In this document: in pieces, positions 1 to 3,929 of the stretch
Numbering within the stretch: the stretch's first letter is position 1
Layout: each line of letters starts with the position of its first letter
DNA from: Candidatus Iainarchaeum sp.
GTDB taxonomy: Archaea > Iainarchaeota > Iainarchaeia > Iainarchaeales > CSSED10-239
Assembly (NCBI GenBank): GCA_937968065.1
Contig: CALBUD010000042.1
Coordinates: forward strand, 1 to 6,512
Direction: 5' to 3'
DNA length: 6,512 nt
The notes under the pieces: model-generated
The model's input: only the letters and a program-made list of their open reading frames with translations
What the model was told of the DNA's origin: nothing
Databases searched by the model: none
Made by a program: the position numbers and the translations under genes

Positions 1-810
1 AATATTTATTTTTTCTAAATTTTCTTTTAAATAATTTTCTTGATCACTATAATTTATTCCAATAAAGTTTATGTTTTCTTTTTTTGAAAAATAATTATTA
101 TTTTCTAAAACAATAATATTTGTTTTATTTAGAATTTCTTCAACTTTTTCTTTTCCATAAATAAATTCATGGTTTCCATAAACAAAAAAGATTGGGATAT
201 TTTTATCTTTTGTAATTTCTAAAGTGTCTAAAGAAATTTTTCCAGGTCTATCAAATAAATCACCAGTAATTACAATGTAATCTGGATTTATTTTTTCTAT
301 TTTTTTATAAATATTTTCAAATCTGTTTTTAGAATTACTTCCAAATAGATGAAGATCTGTTATATGAACTATTTTTAAATTATTTTCTAATTTATTATTT
401 TCTATATTAATTATCTTTTCAGAATATGTATGTGCGTTTATAAAAGATAATATAAATAACATTAAACTTATAATAATTAAAAAATATCCAAAAATTTGAT
501 TCTGAACATTTATCTTAAATAAAAATTTGATTAATTCTAAAATTAAAGTTATAGAGGTAAACATTAAAATAAACCCAAATAAAAGAAAAGAAAGATTATA
601 CAGACCTTGTGTAAAATAATTAGTTATATATGTTTGAATAAAATTACTTACAATCACAAGTAAAAAAAAAATAGTTGCTATAATTATTGGTTTTAGAGAG
701 TTATTAATATCTAAATATTCATAGACTTTATTTAGAGAAAAAGTAAATCCAAAAAAATATAAACTTAAAAAAAATAAAAGAATTACTATTAATAATAAAA
801 CTGATTTCAT
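1..810 (-). CDS. Membrane-anchored metallophosphoesterase (calcineurin-like / MPP superfamily). N-terminal 270 codons only; the C-terminus runs off the left edge. Not present in the supplied ORF track.
   Basis: Hand translation of the minus strand from ATG at 810..808 is open through position 1; an in-frame TGA sits just upstream at 819..817. Product begins MKSVLLLIVILLFFLSLYFFGFTF... and has about four hydrophobic helices within residues ~3-124. The canonical MPP motifs follow in order with normal spacing: D-x-H (IVHITDLH, D152/H154), G-D-x-x-D (ITGDLFD, 183-187) and G-N-H-E (YGNHEF, 212-215). Confidence 0.8.
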   Translation of the reverse strand, partial: MKSVLLLIVILLFFLSLYFFGFTFSLNKVYEYLDINNSLKPIIIATIFFLLVIVSNFIQTYITNYFTQGLYNLSFLLFGFILMFTSITLILELIKFLFKINVQNQIFGYFLIIISLMLFILSFINAHTYSEKIINIENNKLENNLKIVHITDLHLFGSNSKNRFENIYKKIEKINPDYIVITGDLFDRPGKISLDTLEITKDKNIPIFFVYGNHEFIYGKEKVEEILNKTNIIVLENNNYFSKKENINFIGINYSDQENYLKENLEKINI

Positions 811-956
811 AATTATTCATTATTTTTTAATAAATATTATATATTCATTTACTTTATATTTCTTTCTTATTTTTAAATGTTTTTGTTATTTTAAATATGA
901 TTTCTTTATCATATATTTATAAACATTTACTAACCATATTATATAGTGAAAAACAT
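811..956. promoter_or_regulatory. Divergent promoter region between the phosphoesterase (-) and dph2 (+).
   Basis: Called by position only. TTTATAAA at 916-923 lies ~35-40 nt upstream of the 957 ATG and could be a TATA box giving a short leader. TATA-like strings are abundant in this composition, so no individual box is trustworthy. Confidence 0.3.
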
Positions 957-1952
957 ATGTATGAAGATAGAATTTTAAAAGAAATAAAAAAATTAAAAGA
1001 AAAGATAAGTGTAGAAAAAGATTCTCCTCTTGCTTTACAGATACCAGAAGGTCTTAAACAATATACCACAGAAATTTTAGAAGAATTAAAAGATTTTAAA
1101 CCAGTTTTGTTTGTTGATCCTTGTTTTGGAGCATGTGATATTAAAGATCAAGAAGCTATTAACTTTGGATGTAAATCATTAGTTCATTTTGGACACACCT
1201 TTATGAATAAACCTTTAATTAATACTTATTTTGTTCCTGTAGGATATATTTTTTCAGAAGAAGAAAAAGAATATATAGTTACAGAAGTTAAAAAATTAAA
1301 TTTAAAAAAAATAAATCTTGTAACAACAATTAATTTTTTAGAAGATGTTTTAAAAATTAAAGAAGAATTAAAAAAAGATATAGAAATATTAGAAAGTAAA
1401 GAAACCATGCATGTTAGAGCACATATGGTTCTTGGTTGTGATTCTTCAACAGTTATTGATAAAGAAAATCCTATAGTGTACATTGGAGATGGAGATTTTC
1501 ATCCAAATAATCTAGGTTTTGTTTTTGAAGATAGAGAAATATATGTTATAAACCCTATTTTAAGAGAAACAAAAAAATTAGAAATAAATGATAAGTTTGT
1601 AAAACAAAGATATGGTCTTGTTTCAAAAGCTTTAGTTTCAAAAACATTTGGCATTTTAGTAAGTTCAAAACATGGACAATTTAGATTAAGATTTGCAAGA
1701 CATATTCAAGAAAAATTAGAAAAATTAGGTAAAAAAGTATATATTTTAGCTTCAGATTATATAAGAGAAGATTATATTTTAGGAATGAAAATTGATTGTT
1801 ATGTTAACACAGCATGCCCTAGAATCTCTTATGATGATTTTCAAAATTTTAAAAAACCTATAATAACACCTCAGGAGGTATCGTTACTTGAAGACATGTC
1901 AAAAGAATTAAAAGTTGATCAGATAAGAGAACTTGAAAATTATTATTCTTGA
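957..1952 (+). CDS. dph2: 2-(3-amino-3-carboxypropyl)histidine synthase Dph2, the first step of diphthamide biosynthesis on EF-2 (non-canonical [4Fe-4S] radical-SAM enzyme).
   Basis: Recognisable similarity, from memory, to Pyrococcus horikoshii Dph2 along the whole length: LQIPEGL, FGACD, LVHFGH, VLGCDSS, YIGDGDFHP, NTACPRI. The three cluster-ligand Cys are present, one per domain: tgt 1134-1136, tgt 1437-1439, tgc 1815-1817. Start placed at the second in-frame ATG (957) because MYEDRILKEIKKL... matches the N-terminal length of archaeal Dph2. The track start is 897. Stop is TGA at 1950-1952. Confidence 0.85.
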   Translation: MYEDRILKEIKKLKEKISVEKDSPLALQIPEGLKQYTTEILEELKDFKPVLFVDPCFGACDIKDQEAINFGCKSLVHFGHTFMNKPLINTYFVPVGYIFSEEEKEYIVTEVKKLNLKKINLVTTINFLEDVLKIKEELKKDIEILESKETMHVRAHMVLGCDSSTVIDKENPIVYIGDGDFHPNNLGFVFEDREIYVINPILRETKKLEINDKFVKQRYGLVSKALVSKTFGILVSSKHGQFRLRFARHIQEKLEKLGKKVYILASDYIREDYILGMKIDCYVNTACPRISYDDFQNFKKPIITPQEVSLLEDMSKELKVDQIRELENYYS

Positions 1953-2001
1953 TAATATTTTTAAAAAATAGAGAAAAAAAGAAAAAAATATTTTTCTTTT
2001 A
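1953..2001. terminator. Bidirectional oligo-T termination region between convergent dph2 and EncFtn.
   Basis: The + strand has TTTTT (1957-1961) and TTTTTCTTTT (1991-2000) after the dph2 stop. The - strand reads TATTTTTTTCTTTTTTTCTC (two T7 runs, 1974-1988) after the EncFtn stop. 1977-1986 and 1991-2000 can pair (10 bp, only one G-C), so any hairpin is weak. Archaeal termination mainly uses oligo-T. Confidence 0.4.
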
Positions 2002-2283
2002 TTAATGTTCGTGACTTCCAATTTCTTTTTCAGTAAACAAATAATCTTTTAGTTCTTTTGAAAAAGTTGGATCATTTCTTCTAAGCCATTCAATTAACAT
2101 TGCTGCATGTTCCTTTTCCTCATCTCTGTTATGTTCTAAGATTTTTCTAAGTTCCGGATTTTTTGTAGCATCAATTCTTTGTTGATAAAAGTCAACAGCT
2201 TCAAGCTCTTCTCTTAAAGAATCAATTGCTCTTCTAAAATCAAGTGTTTTTTCAGAAAGTTTTGATGTTTCTTCATATGTCAT
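2002..2283 (-). CDS. Encapsulated-ferritin family protein (EncFtn / ferritin-like ferroxidase), short form without a C-terminal encapsulin targeting peptide.
   Basis: Near-colinear match, from memory, to Rhodospirillum rubrum EncFtn: REELEAVDFYQQRIDAT.NPEL..ILEHNRDEEKEHAAM.IEWLRRND........YLFTE. The ferroxidase-centre Glu/Glu/His equivalents (E26, E56, H59 here) and the nearby Tyr (Y33) are conserved. A strong SD, GAGGTGA, lies 8 nt upstream of the ATG. Confidence 0.85.
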   Translation of the reverse strand: MTYEETSKLSEKTLDFRRAIDSLREELEAVDFYQQRIDATKNPELRKILEHNRDEEKEHAAMLIEWLRRNDPTFSKELKDYLFTEKEIGSHEH

Positions 2284-2368
2284 ATTTTAATTCACCTCTT
2301 TTAAGTATAATAATATTGTATAAAAGTTTATTTAAAGTTATATTTTTTAAAAAAAATAAAGATTATTT
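2284..2368. promoter_or_regulatory. Divergent promoter region between EncFtn (-) and mnmA (+).
   Basis: An 85-nt spacer must hold both promoters. One near-symmetric TATA-like element (TATAAAA at 2319-2325) is 35 nt from the EncFtn ATG and 43 nt from the mnmA ATG. mnmA has no visible SD. Confidence 0.3.
2292..2298 (-). promoter_or_regulatory. Shine-Dalgarno site of the EncFtn gene.
   Basis: The minus strand reads AAGAGGTGAATTAAAAT-ATG. GAGGTGA is the classic anti-16S-3'-end sequence, 8 nt from the start. Confidence 0.6.
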
Positions 2369-3472
2369 ATGAAAGTTATAAAAGATAAAAGAATTGTTGT
2401 GGGTGTTTCAGGTGGTGTTGATTCTATTGTCTCACTTGTTCTTTTAAAAAAACAAGGGTATACACCAATTGCAGTATCTTTAGCTTTACCTATATGGGAA
2501 AGTCCTAAAAATATTGATAAAGAAAATGCTTGTTGTACAATAGATTCTTTAGCTTTAGTTTCTTCTGTTTGTAAATCTTTAGATATTAATCATTATATTT
2601 ATGATGTTAAAAAACAATTTAAAGAAACTGTTGTTAAATATTTTTTAAAAGAATTAAAAAACGGAAGAATTCCAAATCCTTGTATCTATTGTAATTTAGA
2701 ACATAAGATAAAACATTTAATAGAATGGGCAGATCTTAATGGTATTGAAAAAATAGCAACAGGTCATTTTGCTTCTAAAAAATATAATCAAAAAACTAAA
2801 AAATATGAACTTGTAGAATCTAAAGATAAAGAAAAAGATCAAACTTATATGCTTTCTATGCTTCCACAAGAATGGATAAAAAGAATGGAGTTTCCAATAT
2901 CTTCAAAAACTAAACAAGAAGTTTGTATAATTGCTGGAGAAAACAATTTAGATGTTTTTGTTAAAAAAAAACAAAGTCAAGATTTTTGTTTTGCAAACAG
3001 AAGTTCTTTAACAGAATTTATAAAAGAAAGTTTAGGAAAAAATCCTGGACCAATAATTGATGAAGATGGAAAATATCTTGGAGAACATAAAGGTTTATGG
3101 TTTTATACAAGAGGTCAAAGAAAAGGTCTTGGTTTTCCTGAAAAATATTTTGTAAAAGATTTTAATAGAGATAAAAATATTATTTATGTTACAAAAAAAC
3201 AAACACCAATATCTTCTAAAGAAATTAATGTGATTGATTATAGTTTTATTGAAGGAAATGATTTTTTAAAAAACAAAAAAGAAATAAAATTGAAAGCAAA
3301 GATAAGGTATGGTCAAGAAAAACAAGATTGTTTGCTTTATCCTGATATTAAAAAAAAAAAATTAAAAGTTATTTTTAAAAATCCCCAAAAGTTTGTAACT
3401 ATTGGTCAATTTTGTGTTTTCTATAAAGGTAAAGTTTGTCTTGGTGGAGGAATCATCGATTCTTTTAAATAG
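2369..3472 (+). CDS. mnmA: tRNA-specific 2-thiouridylase MnmA (s2U34 synthesis), C-type variant with a CxxC...C motif.
   Basis: PP-loop ATP pyrophosphatase motif SGGVDS at residues 14-19. Full MnmA-like length (367 aa). IPNPCIYCN (C105 tgt 2681-2683, C108 tgt 2690-2692) aligns with the E. coli NPDxxCN region, and SQDFCF (C207, 2987-2989) aligns with the second catalytic Cys. Conserved ATGH, DQ(T/S)Y and RGQRKGLG blocks are present. Confidence 0.85.
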   Translation: MKVIKDKRIVVGVSGGVDSIVSLVLLKKQGYTPIAVSLALPIWESPKNIDKENACCTIDSLALVSSVCKSLDINHYIYDVKKQFKETVVKYFLKELKNGRIPNPCIYCNLEHKIKHLIEWADLNGIEKIATGHFASKKYNQKTKKYELVESKDKEKDQTYMLSMLPQEWIKRMEFPISSKTKQEVCIIAGENNLDVFVKKKQSQDFCFANRSSLTEFIKESLGKNPGPIIDEDGKYLGEHKGLWFYTRGQRKGLGFPEKYFVKDFNRDKNIIYVTKKQTPISSKEINVIDYSFIEGNDFLKNKKEIKLKAKIRYGQEKQDCLLYPDIKKKKLKVIFKNPQKFVTIGQFCVFYKGKVCLGGGIIDSFK

Positions 3473-3494
3473 TTCTTTTTTTAAAAATAAAAAA
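3473..3494. terminator. Back-to-back oligo-T terminators in the 22-nt spacer between convergent mnmA and the NTase gene.
   Basis: The + strand reads TTCTTTTTTT (T7 at 3476-3482) right after the mnmA TAG. AAAAATAAAAAA (3483-3494) reads TTTTTTATTTTT on the - strand right after the NTase TAA. Confidence 0.4.
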
Positions 3495-3929
3495 TTATTT
3501 AAGATTTTCAAGAAGTTTTATTCTTTCAAGATATTTTTCTTTTCCATCTCTTAAGTAAACAAACCTATACATTGAAATTAAATCTTTAATTGATATTATT
3601 TTTATTTCTTTTTTGTTTCTTTTAATTATTTCATAATCTTTTTTTTCAAATATTTTAAAAGAAATAGGATCGTTTTTCTCATTTATTAAAAGAAATTCAA
3701 TTTCATAACCATTTTTATCAAAAGTTATTGCTTTTTTTTTTATTGTGAATATTAGTTCTTTTCCAAATATTTTTTTAATTTTTTTTTTATCTTCTTCTTT
3801 TATACAAAAATCAATATCTTTTGTTTTTTTAATAATTTTTCTTAGAAATAAAGACGTTCCACAGGTAAGAAAATAATCAATATTATTTTCTTCCAGTTTC
3901 TTAGAAATTTCAAAAATTGTTTCAATCAT
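3495..3929 (-). CDS. Small cytoplasmic Pol-beta-superfamily nucleotidyltransferase (minimal NTase; resembles the Lnu(A)/ANT(2'')/LicD-like branch). Substrate unknown.
   Basis: hG[GS]-x(9-13)-D-x-D signature: C-G24-T-S26-LFLRKIIKKTK-D38-I-D40-F. The preceding IDYFLTCG resembles the YWLDGG of small antibiotic nucleotidyltransferases and LicD. A possible third carboxylate lies in YEIEF (residues ~75-79). No signal peptide or TM. The ATG (3929..3927) overlaps the TGA (3928..3926) of the upstream gene. Family assignment is by motif recognition only. Confidence 0.55.
   Translation of the reverse strand: MIETIFEISKKLEENNIDYFLTCGTSLFLRKIIKKTKDIDFCIKEEDKKKIKKIFGKELIFTIKKKAITFDKNGYEIEFLLINEKNDPISFKIFEKKDYEIIKRNKKEIKIISIKDLISMYRFVYLRDGKEKYLERIKLLENLK

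Noticed and set aside
811-956. Specific BRE/TATA promoter calls in the intergenic regions.
   Set aside because: TATA-like heptamers occur throughout this composition, including inside genes. Without transcription start data, any single box is indistinguishable from background, so I give only low-confidence positional promoter regions.
1226-1483. An 85-aa minus-strand ORF from the track.
   Set aside because: It lies wholly antisense within the well-supported dph2 CDS. The product is low-complexity (Ser/Ile/Phe/Lys-rich), as expected from reading an AT-rich gene backwards. It has no SD and no recognisable motif.
2002-2283. A search for an encapsulin shell (HK97-fold, roughly 260-300 aa) or a fused shell domain next to the EncFtn gene.
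   Set aside because: Neither flank has room. dph2 ends 49 nt away in convergent orientation and mnmA starts 85 nt away in divergent orientation. I therefore report EncFtn as an orphan and do not claim an encapsulin system.
3350-3361. Long homopolymer tracts inside genes as possible slippage or phase-variation sites: A12 in mnmA (3350-3361), T10 at 3732-3741 and 3779-3788 in the NTase gene, and A10 at 662-671 in the phosphoesterase gene.
   Set aside because: The mnmA and NTase tracts are runs of AAA (Lys) codons and the phosphoesterase tract is TTT (Phe) codons. All are in frame and expected from extreme AT bias and Lys-rich proteins. All four ORFs are intact, and nothing suggests on/off switching. 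They remain sites of likely sequencing or assembly indel error.
3495-3929. Reading the small NTase as the MNT half of a HEPN-MNT toxin-antitoxin pair or an AbiEii-type defence gene.
   Set aside because: No HEPN (Rx4-6H) or AbiEi-like partner ORF is adjacent. Its only linked gene is the surface protein. The idea is kept as a minority hypothesis under the operon finding.
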